Below, piece by piece: positions 1 to 12,668 of a stretch of 64,000 nucleotides of DNA. The position numbers were made by a program, and so were the translations under genes. The stretch spans positions 1-64,000 of the forward strand of contig JAUCBJ010001179.1 of the NCBI GenBank assembly GCA_032718475.1, written 5' to 3'. This stretch comes from Nemertoderma westbladi. Its lineage: Eukaryota; Animalia; Xenacoelomorpha. A model generated the notes under the pieces. That model was given only the letters and a program-made list of their open reading frames with translations. It had not been told where the DNA came from and did not search any database. The number at the start of each line of letters is the position of its first letter. The first letter of the stretch is position 1.

Positions 1-2
1 CT

Positions 3-1946
3 GGAAAATCTTACAAAGAAGTTTGTTTTCCTGTTAAAAAACGTGTTGAGTTTCTTTTTCATGTCATTGAAAGTGAATCACAGAAGTGTCAAACAAATGC
101 AATCCATCAAAAACTATTTTTTGTTGAATCTCGTTGGAAAAGAGTGGCAGAGCAGATAATTGGTCAATTAAGAACCTCAGCACAACCAAGTGATATTATT
201 GATGTAGCCATGGAAGATAATGGAGTTTCTGATGGAGATGACATTATTGCCAATCCTGAAAATATTATTGATGATAGTGAAGGTAGAATATCTTCCAACA
301 CACATAACAACTGTGATGTATTTCTGGATTGTGGTGAAGATCCTTCATTGAAATCGATCACCAGTATCTTGAAATCATCTGATTCATGCTATTTGACGGA
401 TGTTATAAACTTTTGTTTTGATATTTGTTCTGATTTGGATATTGATAAATTGAATTCTTGTCTCCACTTGCAGTGTGAAAGGGCTATTATGAGGTTGCAT
501 GGATTAGAGATAATTTTGAAGACCCTTCGAGTTAAATCTATCAGGGCACCAGTGTTTTACAATGTTATAAATGGATGGGCTGGCCTTACATTTCCTTCTA
601 TAAAATTTGAACGACATCTCCCTGGTATTATTGATGGAGTTACTTTAGTTCCTCCAATGCTGAAAACCTTACTTGAGTTAAATTATTCACACTTATGTAC
701 TCTACTTATGGATTGTTTTAGAGTCAAGATAAAACAACTTGAAACAATGATTTCTTTAAAACCCGTTTTTCACAAATCCTGTGATAGTGATTATGAAGTA
801 TTTGGATGTCATTGTCGATTTATTGTTTCACTACTAAGAATATTTTCAACTAGTAACACTGGACCAGCGATAAGTCAACTTTTGAATGGTGGTATTTTAT
901 CTTTAATGCAGACAATATTGCGATTAGTTGGCCCACCATCTAATTTTACAGGCAAAGACAACAATATGGCCAGCGCTTCTATTTCACTGGAAGATGTGCC
1001 TCATCCGAAGTCAAAAGATCTACCTCTAACTGGATCAGAATTGGCCAAACATATGACTATAGATACTCGGGTTCTTAGAGGACAGGACTGGAAGTGGGGC
1101 GATCAGGATGGTCCACCACCCGGGGAAGGAACTATCATTGGGGAACTTGGGGAAGATTGCTGGGTTCGAGTGCTCTGGGATAACGGCAGCACTAACTCAT
1201 ATAGGATGGGGAAGGAAGGTAAATATGACTTGCAGCTTGCGGGGCCTCCACCTCACGATTTTGATTCTGAAAATAATATACAAGAGGATCACGATATCGT
1301 TGTTGAACCTGACGAAATTAATATTTATGATGCTTTTTCTGTTTTGACTAATGCCACTATCAATACCTTAAAAACTGTAATGCTTCATGTGGCCTCAGTT
1401 CCAAATATACAACATAATTGTATTAAGATTGTTGCAAACCATATAAAGATGGTTGTTTGCCATGGGTTATCTAACCCTTCCAATGACTATCAAGTATCTC
1501 ATATAAACTACAAGATGCAATGTTCTGAATGGGCGAGTTTCGCATTTTTGCGAGTTTTGACCAACTCAGATGTATTTTGTCAAATGTTAAGTAATGATGT
1601 GAAATGGATTCACTTTATGATTTCACACATTGAACAATGTTTACCGTCATTGTCTGCTTCTCTACCACAACACATTTTATGTCTGCGATTCCTTAGAGAG
1701 CTTTTACAATGTAAATTTTCTCTCACATCTGATAAAGACAGAAACATTTTTGTAAATAAACTCTTTAGTTTATTGGGCAATATTATGATGTTGTCTAACA
1801 CTTTGGATGATGATGTAATGGTAGTGAATAAATCAAATAAAAGGGTAAGCCTTTCAGCTGGCATTGGTAGTACACTAGCTGAAGAAGTAGTTTGTTTATT
1901 AAGGGTTTTGTATTCAAAGGACTGTTTGGTCCAAACACATCAATGA
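3..1946 (+). CDS. HERC2: HERC2 E3 ubiquitin ligase, upstream segment (5'-truncated by the window edge; contains the MIB/HERC2 domain at ~1060-1240)
   Basis: Frame 3 is open from base 3 ([19 protein letters not shown]...[14 protein letters not shown]2-like), so the GTG at 144 is not the real start. The MIB_HERC2 motif [55 protein letters not shown] is present. Homology leaves this frame at ~1920; the frame stops at TGA 1944-1946. Confidence 0.93.
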   Translation, partial: GKSYKEVCFPVKKRVEFLFHVIESESQKCQTNAIHQKLFFVESRWKRVAEQIIGQLRTSAQPSDIIDVAMEDNGVSDGDDIIANPENIIDDSEGRISSNTHNNCDVFLDCGEDPSLKSITSILKSSDSCYLTDVINFCFDICSDLDIDKLNSCLHLQCERAIMRLHGLEIILKTLRVKSIRAPVFYNVINGWAGLTFPSIKFERHLPGIIDGVTLVPPMLKTLLELNYSHLCTLLMDCFRVKIKQLETMISLKPVFHKSCDSDYEVFGCHCRFIVSLLRIFSTSNTGPAISQLLNGGILSLMQTILRLVGPPSNFTGKDNNMASASISLEDVPHPKSKDLPLTGSELAKHMTIDTRVLRGQDWKWGDQDGPPPGEGTIIGELGEDCWVRVLWDNGSTNSYRMGKEGKYDLQLAGPPPHDFDSENNIQEDHDIVVEPDEINIYDAFSVLTNATINTLKTVMLHVASVPNIQHNCIKIVANHIKMVVCHGLSNPSNDYQVSHINYKMQCSEWASFAFLRVLTNSDVFCQMLSNDVKWIHFMISHIEQCLPSLSASLPQHILCLRFLRELLQCKFSLTSDKDRNIFVNKLFSLLGNIMMLSNTLDDDVMVVNKSNKRVSLSAGIGSTLAEEVVCLLRVLYSKDCLVQTHQ

Positions 1947-4900
1947 TTTCTTGACAAAGAAACTCACAGTCTCGCTTGTCCAAGAAGATACATCTATGCC
2001 TGAAGGTGTGGGGTGCATAATGTCGATACTTGGAATGATTGGTGGTGTGGATTTGAGGCCGCGACTTGGTGGTGTTATTTCTCACCCAGATTGGGGTATA
2101 GGAACAATAGCAAGAATTAGTTCCAGTGGAAAACTTACAATTCAGTTCACTAATTATATTAATATGAAAATTTTTCATATTTCTCATATTGAAACTATGC
2201 ACCTAATTCCATTTCGCATTGATCTAATTTCATTTTCAGCAGAGGTACAGAATGTATGGGCTGTTTTAATTTATCAAGCTGGTGTTGGGTTTATGGATCA
2301 ACAACGCTCAATAGAGAAAAGTCAAGAAAATAGTGTTGACTTGAACTTATTACAAAAACACAATATTCGATTTAGGTTGATAAAAGCCGCTAGAACCTTA
2401 TTTGGAGAAATGAATAGACTTAAACTCCTTCTTTCACTAGAGATACCTCATGGTCCTGATTCTGGCGACACTTCTGTTCAAACTTTGCTACAAAAATTGA
2501 TGCTAGCAGCTATTCAACCTTCCCCACTAAAGCATACTTTTGGAATAGATGAACTAGAGGCTGCTTTTGTTGTAGTTAATCAGTATTTATCAACTTGTAC
2601 CGATACATACTGCAGTATAGATGATAATATAATTGATACTAATGATGCCAATGATGTGCAAGAGTTTATCAATGAGGGCCCCTTTATAGAACCTGAATAC
2701 AAATACAAGAACATAGTTGCAGTTGATGATCCTATTGTGACACAACTGATCGAGATGGGGTTCTCGAAGCAAAAAATTGATGTATGTTTAGGTGAACTGT
2801 GTCAAAGTGGACAGACACCTACAACCGAAATGTGTGTTTGTTGGCTTTTGGAGTATGTTGTTGAGTCTGAGTCTTCAGGTACCGTATCTTCAGAAGCAGA
2901 TACTGAGATTCTAGATAATGGTGACATTGAGCCAGGTGAAATATCGAATCAGTTATCTTCTTTCAAAGCCCAAGGAGCTGTTTTATACAAAACTAAGAGC
3001 GATTTTTCAAGAAATGGGGATTATGCCCTTTATGTTCGTGATCATATTAGGGTTGGAATGATCGCCAGATGTTGTCGATCATTTGAGGAAGTTCATGAAG
3101 GAGATATCGGTCGTGTTGTAAAACTGGACAATGATGGTCTACATGACTTAAATGTTCAGATCGAGTGGCAACGTAAAGGTGGCAGCTACTGGGTTCGGTT
3201 TATTCATGTAGAATTACTTGGCTTCCCTAATAAAGCACATACAATGCAGACGCTCAATATCGGCGATAGAGTTAAATTGAAATCGAGTGTTACTAAACCC
3301 AAATACAATTGGGGCTCTGTAAGCAGTAGGAGTGTTGGTACAGTTACTGGTTTTACTGATGATGGAAACGATGTAATTGTGGACTTTCCTCAACAGTCAA
3401 ATTGGATAGGCCTTATAGAGGAATTGGATTTGATTCCTGTTATTCATATTGGTGTCACATGTAACATCTGTAATGCTAATCCCCTTATTGGGCCCAGGTA
3501 TAAGTGCACCAAATGTCCAGATTTCGACGTATGTAATAAATGCTTTCATATAAGACATTCTCATAAACACCAGTTTAATCGTATAGCATTCAAAGGAGCA
3601 ACGCCTGAATATATCGGTTACCCTGGTAATGTAAAAGGGCAAGGTGAACTGTTAAATGGTTCTGTCATTAAAAGTTGGTCAAGATGTGTAAAGAGCATTC
3701 GGGTGTCATCTAATGACAATCTCATTAAATACTTCACTGATGGCGACAGTAATACTGCTTGGCAATCCCAAGGATTCCAGGGCAAGCACTGGATTCGATT
3801 AGAGATTTACGACGACATTCTTATTGAAAGCTTGAAATTATATATAGATCCTGCTGATTCCTCTTACCAGCCATCCTCCCTGGCTATAAGTGCTGGTGAT
3901 TCTATTGACAGAATCGAAAACATAAAAAATATTAAAGTTGGGCCAATGGATCATACGGTAGTATTAATTTCAGGATGTAAGTATTTCTACAAATTTGTGG
4001 AAATTGCTATAAAGCAGTGCCGGAGTTCTGGGATTGATTGTAAAATTCATGGGATGTCGATAGAGGGTAAAATTCAATCACGTAATTATGATGCAACACC
4101 CAAGTTTTCTTTCCTATCCCCTGAAGCTACCACTGGTGGATTTATAGATCCCCTAACTACGGCAATCCCACAAGTGATGCCACCGGAGCAATTAAACAGC
4201 AGTAAAGAAATAACTAATAATTTGAAATGTACAGTGTACTGCTGGGGATTGAATGATAAAGAACAATTAGGTGGGATTAAAGGTTCTAAAGTGAAAATAC
4301 CTACTCTTAATGATCACATATCTAAAATGAAAGTCTCTTTAATTGTTGGTGGTTCAAAGAGTTTATACATTGTCACAAATGATGGGAAATTATATTCATG
4401 CGGAGAAGGCACCAATGCCAAAGGAATTCAGACTAATATTATAATTATACCGAAACAACCATTATGTATCAGCCAACCATTAATATCTAAAGTATCAGTA
4501 CATTCTGGTGGAAAGCATGTTATGGCTCTCACGGTGGATGGGAGAATATTGTCTTGGGGTGAAGGTGTGGACGGCAAACTTGGTCATGGCAATAGGCTGA
4601 ATTATGAAAAACCTAAACTTATTGAATATTTTAAATCAACGTGCATGCGGGATATTGCGTGTGGAGGTTCACACAGTGCTGCTATATCAGCATCTGGAGA
4701 ATTATTTACTTGGGGATTGGGTCAGTATGGCCGTTTGGGTCATGGGGATGATACAACTTCCCTTCTACCGAAACAGGTTAAAGCTCTCTCCCAAAAACAA
4801 ATTGTCCAGGTTGCCTGTGGTAGCAGGGATGCCCAGACACTGGCACTTACCGAGGATAGTTTAGTCTATTCTTGGGGAGATGGAGATTTTGGTAAGTTAG

Positions 4901-7900
4901 GTAGAGGTGGAAGTGAGGGGTGTTCGCTTCCAGGTGTTATAGAACGACTGTCTGGCTTGGGTGTTATACAAGTTGAATGTGGCGCCCAGTTTTCATTAGC
5001 TCTTACGAAATGTGGCCAGGTTTGGACATGGGGGAAGGGTGATTATTATCGATTAGGTCATGGAACTGATATTCATTACCGTAAACCACACCCGATTGAA
5101 TTTTTTAAGGGTAAGAATGTTGTACATGTGGCTGTTGGGGCGCTGCATTGTTTGGCGGTTACTGATCAGGGTGTGGTTTATTCCTGGGGAGATAATGACC
5201 ATGGGCAACAAGGTAATGGTTCGACTGTATCAAATAAAAAGCCTTGCATCGTACAGGGACTGGAAGGTGTCCCTATTTCAAGAGTTACAGCAGGATCTTC
5301 TCATAGTGTGGCGTGGGCAGTCATTGATAATAATAGAGAAAAGACTATTATTCATGAACCAGTTTTATTTCCTAGAAATAGTGATACACTAGGTGCTGCT
5401 GCACATGACCCTGTAAGTAAAATATTAGACTTCGAATCCTTTCTTCCTGCTAATGAACAACACTATACTTTGGATAAGCACCGGCCTTCACTTGCCAAAA
5501 TTATTATGTCACTTGAACACAGTTCCAAGATGCAACAAGCTGTTTCTCAAATTTTAATAGCTTTACAGATTCGATATGCTAGAGAGGCTGTTGTCTCCGC
5601 TCTTACTTCCTGTGACATTGCCACTTTACCAAGTTCTTCTATCCCTAGCAAGTCGCATGAACCCATGCATCTACTCTCTCTCGAGTCATTAGATAGAGTA
5701 ACTCCAGATGATATTCACATTGAAGATATTGTTTTGGGTTTGGAAAATGTACACAGTGACAACAGCCAAGTAATTCAAAAGAATGTTGTTGTAGAGTTTA
5801 GTGGTGATACTGATCGTTCTCTTGAGGAAGCAACTTCTGGATCATCCATTATATCCCCATCAAATACGGATGAGCCGATTTCATCGGAGCACATAATGGT
5901 CGATGTGGATGCGATTGGCAAAACTGTGCTTGTTGCTGTTGCTTCTCACACAGTAGATCTTGATGATTTAATCTCTGGAATGGGATTGGAGGAAGTTCAG
6001 CTGTTGGTTTATCTTCTGAAATTGGCTGTTGCTGGAAGGGCAGGCACCCAAGGGCAAGATGTAATAACCAATGTATTGCAGCAATTAGCTAGAGATAATT
6101 ATGCGATTGGCAATTTCTTGATTGAAACATGTATTAATCAACTGGAACAAGTTGCGTTTGATTGTCTCTCCGGCCGATGTTCTACTCAGCCTATAGTGCA
6201 AGAATCTGTCCATCCCTACCCCGATGATATGCACATAACTGGGCGCGTAAAGATACCTGGAGCTGTGGAGTTGCGTGTCGAATTCGATAAGCAATGTAGT
6301 ACAGAGCGAAGGCATGATCCTTTGTTGTTGCTCGATGGTGGGCATAAAATTGCCGCGACCAGGAGTGGCCGAGAGTGGTCGGACTGGTCTACCGACATTC
6401 ACATAGTCGGCGATGAGTTGCATTGGCGTTTTACTTCTGATGGGTCTGTGACAGGTTGGGGGTGGAAGTTCACAGTTTACCCAATTCTTCCGAAATCATC
6501 TTCTATTGATTTTCTTCATTCAGATTTTAAACTTATTACCCAGTCATCTATTGATTTAGTAATACATTTATTGAATATTGGAATTGAATCATCGTGTACA
6601 AGTTACGCTGCCAGTAATATGTCAGTAAGACTAGCTGCAGCTCTAGCATCGTGCGCACAACTATGCACCCTCTCGTCCCATCAACGAATGTGGACTCTTC
6701 AATATTTAAGGAGAATGATTACAGGTGGAGATATATTGCCTATCAAGCAAATGTTTACCACTGGTGCAGCAGCTAGTGCCAGAACACAGTCTATGGAAGA
6801 TATATTACAATCTTATACGAAGACCGAACTATCCAGTTTGTTTAGAAGCTTGCCTGACGCCCTTCTCTGTCAGTATGAGTACGAGGAGCCAATTGTTAAA
6901 GGAGGCAAACACCTAATGCATTCCGCTTTTTTTAATGAGCTTGTTGCCCTGGCATGTGACCTAAAATTTAACACTACTGCTGCCTGCAACGATACCAATA
7001 ACATGAAATGGGTGTGGTTTAAAAAGTATTGTTTGTCCGCTGGTGTGGCTGACTCTTTGATAAATAGAAAACCGTTCCCGGTTGAGTTTCTCAATGATGT
7101 CTTTAAGAAACTTTGTGATATGTTTCCGCCTGTTGAGGACAGGGAGTATGAATGTAACACCAACTTCTCTCTCGCTCAGGATGTACAGCTGGTATTGTGG
7201 ATAAATAGGAAACCGGACGTTTGGATTTTATCTACTGGAGGTTCTGGTACAATATTTGCTTGGGGTCACAATCACAGAGGTCAACTAGGTGGTATAGATG
7301 GTGGTAAAGTTAAAATCCCGAGTGTTTGCGAGTCTTTGACCTCCCTGTCTCCTGAGCAGATTGTAGGTGGAGAGCAAACACTGTTTGCTGTAACTGCAGA
7401 GGGTAAGGTTTACTCTACAGGTTATGGGTTATCAGGTCGTTTGGGATTGGGGCATACTGAGTCAATATCTTCTGTAGCTCTGCTGGAATCCATACAACAT
7501 ATTGTTATCCGTAAAGTAGCTGTTAACTCAGGAGGTAAACATTGCATCGCTCTCTCGTCCGAAGGGGAAATATATTCCTGGGGTGAAGCTGAGGATGGTA
7601 AGTTGGGTCACGGCAATAGGAACCCGTGCGATAGGCCGCATATTATTGAGTCAATGCGAGGGTATTTTGTAACGGATGTCGCCGCTGGGGGCGCTCATAG
7701 TGCGTGTATCCTAGCATCTGGTGAGTTGTACACATGGGGTAAAGGCCGATACGGTCGTTTGGGGCACGGTGACAGCGACGATCAGTACTTCCCGAAGCGG
7801 GTTGAGAGTTTGCTCAGCTTTCGGGTGACCGATGTGGCCTGCGGCAGTGGAGATTCGCAAACATTGGCCATTACCGAGGATGATAGCGTCTGGAGTTGGG

Positions 7901-9873
7901 GGGATGGAGATTACGGTAAGTTAGGGAGGGGCGGAAGTGACGGTTGTAAGATTCCGATGAGGATAGAGTTACTTCTTGGTGTTGGAGTTTGTAAAGTCGA
8001 GTGCGGGAGTCAGTTTTCCGTGGCTATAACCAAGAAAGGTGAGATTTATACTTGGGGTAAAGGCGATTATCACCGTCTTGGACATGGCACGGATGATCAT
8101 GTCAGAAGACCCAAACGCATCATAGCACTGATGGGAAAGAAAATTGTTTCCATAGCTACTGGTTCTCTCCACTGTCTCGCAGTTACTGACGACGGCGATG
8201 TGTATAGCTGGGGGGATAATGACGAAGGACAACTCGGTGACGGATCTACCAATTCTATTCACCGTCCGCGAATCATATCCGCGCTCCAGTCGAAAAACAT
8301 GAACAAAGTCGCCTGCGGTTCAGCCCATTCAGTGGCTTGGTCTACGTCAAGACCCTCTAAAAAGGGAAAATTACCTTCAGACATTCCTATGGAATTCAGC
8401 GATTTACAGGATGTATCGATTGGAACACTTCGTAATAGATTAGTAATTCTCCACCAGTTTGCCGAGATGTTTTGCCCTTGTATCCCAATGTTTGATTTGG
8501 CCTCAGTATGGAAGAATAACGAACGTTTGCGATCGTTGCTGATCAGCTCCACTAAAGAAACCGCTTTCCGTAAGGTCGTTCAGGCTACCATGGTGAGGGA
8601 TAAACAACACGGTCCAATCATTGAGCTCAACCGCATACAAGTAAAGCGTTTGCGCAATCGTACCGGACTGGCTGGGGCCGACGGTTGCAAGTCGGTATTC
8701 TACCAAGCGTGTCAGAAAGTCACAACCTTCTCTCCGGACAACCTACTTCTACCCCATCGCGTTTGGAAGGTTAAGTTTATAGGGGAAAGCGTCGATGATT
8801 GCGGCGGGGGCTACTCCGATTCGATTGTTGAGATGTGCGACGAGTTACAGAACGGCTCACTGCCGCTACTCATAGTGACGCCCAATGGGAGAGGCGAGTC
8901 CGGAGTGAACCGGGATTGTTTTCTATTGAACCCGCAGTCCAAACTACCGATTCACGCCAACATGTTCCGTTTCCTGGGCACCTTAATGGGCATCGCTATT
9001 CGCACAGGGAGTCCTTTATCTCTCAATCTCGCCGAACCGATGTGGAATCTTTTAGCCGGAATGTCTCTTACGATTGCTGACATTAGCGAATTGGATAAAG
9101 ACTATATTCCTGGGTTGTTTTGCATCAGGGATATGGACGATGATTCGTTGAACTCCATGGAGATGCCGTTTAGCACACCGAGTAGCGGCGGCTTAGAAGT
9201 GTTATTGAGTAGCAAACACGTGACAGTAACCCGGGACAACAGATGTTTATACCTAAAACTCGCGACAACCTACCGACTCCACGAGTTCGACTCTATGGTC
9301 GCGCTGGTGCGTGAAGGTTTAGCGCGAGTTGTCCCGGTCCCGTATCTGTCGCTCTTCACCGGGTTCGAGTTGGAGACGATGGTCTGCGGCTGTCCGGACA
9401 TCCCGGTGCACCGGCTGCGTTCCGTGGCCACCTATAAAGGGATCGACCCGCACTCTCCCTTGATGGTTTGGCTCTGGGAGGTCCTTGAGGAGTTCAGTAA
9501 CACCGAGCGCTCGTTGTTTCTCCGTTTCGTTTGGGGCCGAACTCGTCTCCCGAGGACCATAGCGGACTACCGCGGTCGCGATTTCGTCATCCAGGTTCTC
9601 GATAAATACGTCCCGCCGGACCGCTGGCTCCCGGAGTCCTACACCTGTTTCTTCCTCCTTAAACTCCCCCGTTACTCCTCCAAAGAGGTTCTCCGTAACA
9701 AACTCAAGTACGCGATCCACTTCTGTCGTTCTATCGACACGGACGACTACGCCAGGATCGGTTTACAGGACGCCGGCTTGTCATCCGAAGACGAGGAATC
9801 TTCAGCGGATGAGTGCGATGCCCAGTGGTTCGCCGGTCCTCCAAATGATGAATGGCATGTTATTGATACATGA
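1921..9873 (+). CDS. HERC2: HERC2 E3 ubiquitin ligase, downstream segment: UBA-like, CPH, ZZ zinc finger, DOC/APC10, two RCC1-like domains, HECT
   Basis: Frame 1 is open from 1903 to TGA 9871-9873. Domains: CPH ([14 protein letters not shown]...[11 protein letters not shown], ~3000-3220), ZZ (CNIC..CTKC..CNKC, ~3445-3580), DOC ([14 protein letters not shown], ~3670-4070), RCC1 repeats (~4230-5320 and ~7250-8345), HECT (~8750-9750) with catalytic Cys in [14 protein letters not shown] at 9646-9648. This domain order is diagnostic of HERC2. Confidence 0.96.
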   Translation, partial: TVWSKHINDFLTKKLTVSLVQEDTSMPEGVGCIMSILGMIGGVDLRPRLGGVISHPDWGIGTIARISSSGKLTIQFTNYINMKIFHISHIETMHLIPFRIDLISFSAEVQNVWAVLIYQAGVGFMDQQRSIEKSQENSVDLNLLQKHNIRFRLIKAARTLFGEMNRLKLLLSLEIPHGPDSGDTSVQTLLQKLMLAAIQPSPLKHTFGIDELEAAFVVVNQYLSTCTDTYCSIDDNIIDTNDANDVQEFINEGPFIEPEYKYKNIVAVDDPIVTQLIEMGFSKQKIDVCLGELCQSGQTPTTEMCVCWLLEYVVESESSGTVSSEADTEILDNGDIEPGEISNQLSSFKAQGAVLYKTKSDFSRNGDYALYVRDHIRVGMIARCCRSFEEVHEGDIGRVVKLDNDGLHDLNVQIEWQRKGGSYWVRFIHVELLGFPNKAHTMQTLNIGDRVKLKSSVTKPKYNWGSVSSRSVGTVTGFTDDGNDVIVDFPQQSNWIGLIEELDLIPVIHIGVTCNICNANPLIGPRYKCTKCPDFDVCNKCFHIRHSHKHQFNRIAFKGATPEYIGYPGNVKGQGELLNGSVIKSWSRCVKSIRVSSNDNLIKYFTDGDSNTAWQSQGFQGKHWIRLEIYDDILIESLKLYIDPADSSYQPSSLAISAGDSIDRIENIKNIKVGPMDHTVVLISGCKYFYKFVEIAIKQCRSSGIDCKIHGMSIEGKIQSRNYDATPKFSFLSPEATTGGFIDPLTTAIPQVMPPEQLNSSKEITNNLKCTVYCWGLNDKEQLGGIKGSKVKIPTLNDHISKMKVSLIVGGSKSLYIVTNDGKLYSCGEGTNAKGIQTNIIIIPKQPLCISQPLISKVSVHSGGKHVMALTVDGRILSWGEGVDGKLGHGNRLNYEKPKLIEYFKSTCMRDIACGGSHSAAISASGELFTWGLGQYGRLGHGDDTTSLLPKQVKALSQKQIVQVACGSRDAQTLALTEDSLVYSWGDGDFGKLGRGGSEGCSLPGVIERLSGLGVIQVECGAQFSLALTKCGQVWTWGKGDYYRLGHGTDIHYRKPHPIEFFKGKNVVHVAVGALHCLAVTDQGVVYSWGDNDHGQQGNGSTVSNKKPCIVQGLEGVPISRVTAGSSHSVAWAVIDNNREKTIIHEPVLFPRNSDTLGAAAHDPVSKILDFESFLPANEQHYTLDKHRPSLAKIIMSLEHSSKMQQAVSQILIALQIRYAREAVVSALTSCDIATLPSSSIPSKSHEPMHLLSLESLDRVTPDDIHIEDIVLGLENVHSDNSQVIQKNVVVEFSGDTDRSLEEATSGSSIISPSNTDEPISSEHIMVDVDAIGKTVLVAVASHTVDLDDLISGMGLEEVQLLVYLLKLAVAGRAGTQGQDVITNVLQQLARDNYAIGNFLIETCINQLEQVAFDCLSGRCSTQPIVQESVHPYPDDMHITGRVKIPGAVELRVEFDKQCSTERRHDPLLLLDGGHKIAATRSGREWSDWSTDIHIVGDELHWRFTSDGSVTGWGWKFTVYPILPKSSSIDFLHSDFKLITQSSIDLVIHLLNIGIESSCTSYAASNMSVRLAAALASCAQLCTLSSHQRMWTLQYLRRMITGGDILPIKQMFTTGAAASARTQSMEDILQSYTKTELSSLFRSLPDALLCQYEYEEPIVKGGKHLMHSAFFNELVALACDLKFNTTAACNDTNNMKWVWFKKYCLSAGVADSLINRKPFPVEFLNDVFKKLCDMFPPVEDREYECNTNFSLAQDVQLVLWINRKPDVWILSTGGSGTIFAWGHNHRGQLGGIDGGKVKIPSVCESLTSLSPEQIVGGEQTLFAVTAEGKVYSTGYGLSGRLGLGHTESISSVALLESIQHIVIRKVAVNSGGKHCIALSSEGEIYSWGEAEDGKLGHGNRNPCDRPHIIESMRGYFVTDVAAGGAHSACILASGELYTWGKGRYGRLGHGDSDDQYFPKRVESLLSFRVTDVACGSGDSQTLAITEDDSVWSWGDGDYGKLGRGGSDGCKIPMRIELLLGVGVCKVECGSQFSVAITKKGEIYTWGKGDYHRLGHGTDDHVRRPKRIIALMGKKIVSIATGSLHCLAVTDDGDVYSWGDNDEGQLGDGSTNSIHRPRIISALQSKNMNKVACGSAHSVAWSTSRPSKKGKLPSDIPMEFSDLQDVSIGTLRNRLVILHQFAEMFCPCIPMFDLASVWKNNERLRSLLISSTKETAFRKVVQATMVRDKQHGPIIELNRIQVKRLRNRTGLAGADGCKSVFYQACQKVTTFSPDNLLLPHRVWKVKFIGESVDDCGGGYSDSIVEMCDELQNGSLPLLIVTPNGRGESGVNRDCFLLNPQSKLPIHANMFRFLGTLMGIAIRTGSPLSLNLAEPMWNLLAGMSLTIADISELDKDYIPGLFCIRDMDDDSLNSMEMPFSTPSSGGLEVLLSSKHVTVTRDNRCLYLKLATTYRLHEFDSMVALVREGLARVVPVPYLSLFTGFELETMVCGCPDIPVHRLRSVATYKGIDPHSPLMVWLWEVLEEFSNTERSLFLRFVWGRTRLPRTIADYRGRDFVIQVLDKYVPPDRWLPESYTCFFLLKLPRYSSKEVLRNKLKYAIHFCRSIDTDDYARIGLQDAGLSSEDEESSADECDAQWFAGPPNDEWHVIDT

Positions 9874-10120
9874 GGGGATTGTTTTTTATTCTATATTTAT
9901 TATAAATTCAAATGATAATCGCGTTAACTGGTGTATTAATATTAAATAATATATTTATAAAAATATAAAACTTAATTATAGTAAATTTAAACTGCAAGTT
10001 TATTAAAAAATATAGCCCGTAAAACTTCATAAAACGAAACAATTTAATTGTAGTTTGGCGGTGTGCTGCAATGTTCGCCCGCAGGCCATCTTCGCCCGCT
10101 GATTGATAATATAATATGAC

Positions 10121-10175
10121 AATAAATGGAAAGGAGCAGGTTGCAGAGGCATAAAAATCTAAACAAAACAATAAA
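10121..10175 (+). terminator. Candidate HERC2 polyadenylation signals
   Basis: AATAAA at 10121-10126 and 10170-10175, 250-300 nt after the stop codon. The context is AT-rich, so chance matches are likely. Confidence 0.3.
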
Positions 10176-10200
10176 CGGGGGTCACTATAGCAAGCGGTAC

Positions 10201-10292
10201 AGTCTCGTAATCAGCCAGACGTTTTAGAGGCTATCAATTAATTAAGTTTTAATTATTTATTGATCGCTCTGGGCGAGGTCTTGCTGACTACC
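10201..10292. mobile_element. Small degenerate palindromic (MITE-like) relic
   Basis: GTAATCAGCCAGAC (10207-10220) is the inverted complement of GTCTTGCTGACTAC (10278-10291) at 12/14 positions. An inner imperfect stem AGAGGCTATCAAT / ATTGATCGCTCT surrounds an AT-rich loop. Confidence 0.45.
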
Positions 10293-11490
10293 GTTAAACT
10301 CCCATAGGGGTTTATATAGATAATAAACTATCTATAATGATATGTTTGTTAGATAACCAACATTTTTCTATTCATATATTCCTGCCAGTTGTCTGTTATG
10401 TATCTTTGCTTTTATAATTTAAATCATTTTAAAGACCATCGCATCAGAATGTCTTTATATTTTATTTATAATATTATAAAATGTAACACCGGTATAATAT
10501 AATTCAATATGCCGTAAATCTCAATGTACATGTTCTGATGTATTAAATGTGTTTATTATTTCGCGTCTTATAATGTATCACTTTATAAGATTTAGTGCGT
10601 TTTAATATAGACGGGAGTGATTATCTTACCAAGTGCTAAACCGATTACGACTGGTAATTTTTCATGATAATATTAATCGATATTTTATTATCATAAAAAC
10701 TTAAATTATTAAAACTAACAACTGCGGAACTGTTGAATTGACTTGGAATTGTGAATTAGCGCCAGTCCAGTAGTGCGTTCTGATCTACTTAACAACATAT
10801 TGTAATTTTTCTACCGTCGCTATATTATTTATTATTATTATAGTTTTAGTCGTAATTTACCTAGACGTTGAATTGAACTAGTTTTATTTGAACTACCAAC
10901 ACTAAGTACCAACAGAAACCCAACCCGACTGGGTGGCTACCTAGGCCTACTTCTACTAAAGATAGACCTAGTTGACACCCACACCCTCCCCTTGTTTATG
11001 CGTTATACACTTCATTTTCGTTTTGAAAACAATTCAAAGTTGTATCTGCATTAGTCTGTGTTATTCTAGAACCTTTTTGTCAACCTTCTATACTTTTGGA
11101 ATGACTTTTATTTAAATTTTCATTGCCTGTGTCCCCTTCAGCCGTTCTGGTATATCCTCGAAACTCCGCTAATGTGCCAGCCACTAACTTAGCCACTCAT
11201 CTCTTTTAGAACACACACGTCTTAACTAAACTTAAGTAAAATTAATAAAATAAATTGCATAAAAAGAATAATTTATGAAATTCGTTCTTAAACTTTACAA
11301 TATTAACGGCTAATAATTAAGTATTCAGATTTCAGAACAGCCGATAAGTTGACATAATGTAACCAAATTGCGAACACCATTGTGTGAAAGGGGCATTATT
11401 CCTCTCATATCCGTTTATGACCCTCGTATATTTATGTAAACCTCCCTCGCTGCGCTCGCTCGGTACATAAATACGTCTTATCAGAGCAAT

Positions 11491-11594
11491 GTGTCTTGCC
11501 TATGGACACAACAGTGCGAAATTTCTACAGCCTTTAGTCGGATTTGAACCTGCGCACACTGAAAGCGGTTCAGTCGCTGTATCCACTCGGACAT
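11491..11594 (-). mobile_element. tRNA-derived SINE 5' fragment (CORE-type)
   Basis: The minus strand has an A-box-like TGTCCGAGTGG (11583-11593) and B-box GGTTCAAATCC (11540-11550). These are followed by TTGTGTCCATAGGCAAGACAC, resembling the conserved TGTGTCCTTGGGCAAGACAC block of CORE-like SINEs. No intact cloverleaf is evident. Confidence 0.65.
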
Positions 11595-11959
11595 AATTGA
11601 ATTAACACAATTCTCGAACCAACATACTATTATAAATGAGTAATTAAAAAAATATATTTTTGAACTATATAAATGTCTTGAGTAATATTATTAACAATTA
11701 AGTAGTTTTTGTGTTCCCACCTTGTGTGTGTGCTGATATTATTTTTGTATATAATTTCTCACGTGATGCTCTATATGGTAGCTATTATTAATATCTATTA
11801 AACGTTTGTTCGCGAGTCGCAATAAATATCTGATCGTATTTTAAATATATTTTCTAATTCATTAACCATCAAGTACTGGAAGCTGGAAATTAGACTAATA
11901 GAATAGCTCCTCAATACGAGTCTTTTTAGTATAATATAGAGGAATGGGGGTGTGAGTGA

Positions 11960-12625
11960 GTGTGTGAATGGATTTTGCACAAATTACATGCAAACCTTTT
12001 CTACTAATATGCTCTTTCAACATATGCAAGAAATTCCTTCAAAATATTTTACTTTACTTTTTCGCCGAGAAAAGTAAGATCAATGCAATTCTATGGGATA
12101 CTTTTTTTCCCTAGGGAAAAAAAGGAAAAAAATTAATTCTCCAGATTTTTGGGTAGCACAAAAATAACAATTTAAGAATAAAATTTAATGTCCGCATTTG
12201 CGACAATAAAGTAGTTAATTATCCAATCAATCTTCCAAAAATGCGGATAATAAAATATTTATCCAATCAACGATCTAGAAGATTTTTCTTTTGATTTCGC
12301 ATTATTTATTCTAGAACAATAATTACGATGGTAATTATTAATAAATTTAGCATTAAAATCGTTAGTTGAAGGATCTTTTGAACAAGTAGCTAGTTTAATA
12401 AAATTTTGGTAAGTTTATTTGATTAACGTTCTGGAATATCACCATTCGCTCACAATGTAGGCCTATAGCTAGTTGATACTGTAGTAGTAGTAGCTGGGTA
12501 TTATTTAATTGCACATGCACAATGGTGCGTAAATGACCTCAAATTTGCTATAACCTAGGGAAAAAAAGTAACCCATAGGATTGAATTGATTTTACTTTTT
12601 TCCCGGCGAAAAAATGTACAATAAA
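11960..12625. mobile_element. Old foldback/DNA-transposon relic with inverted arms
   Basis: ~12050-12116 (TTTTCGCCGAGAAAAGTAAGATCAATGCAATTCTATGGGATACTTTTTTTCCCTAGG) is the inverted complement of ~12554-12620. ~11960-12185 is also a diverged direct copy of ~13030-13265. Confidence 0.55.
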
Positions 12626-12668
12626 ACATTTATTTGGTGGAATTGTTTAAATACGTATTACTATTATT

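Noticed and set aside
144-1951. Two separate genes starting at 144 and 1951
   Set aside because: The starts are GTG and TTG picks by the ORF finder; both ORFs are consecutive parts of one HERC2 sequence separated by a 1-nt shift.
164-9720. Short antisense and alternative-frame ORFs inside HERC2
   Set aside because: Expected shadow ORFs of a long coding sequence, with no recognisable domains.
11520-11594. tRNA gene on the minus strand
   Set aside because: A and B boxes are present, but I could not fold a convincing cloverleaf and a SINE-like core follows directly.
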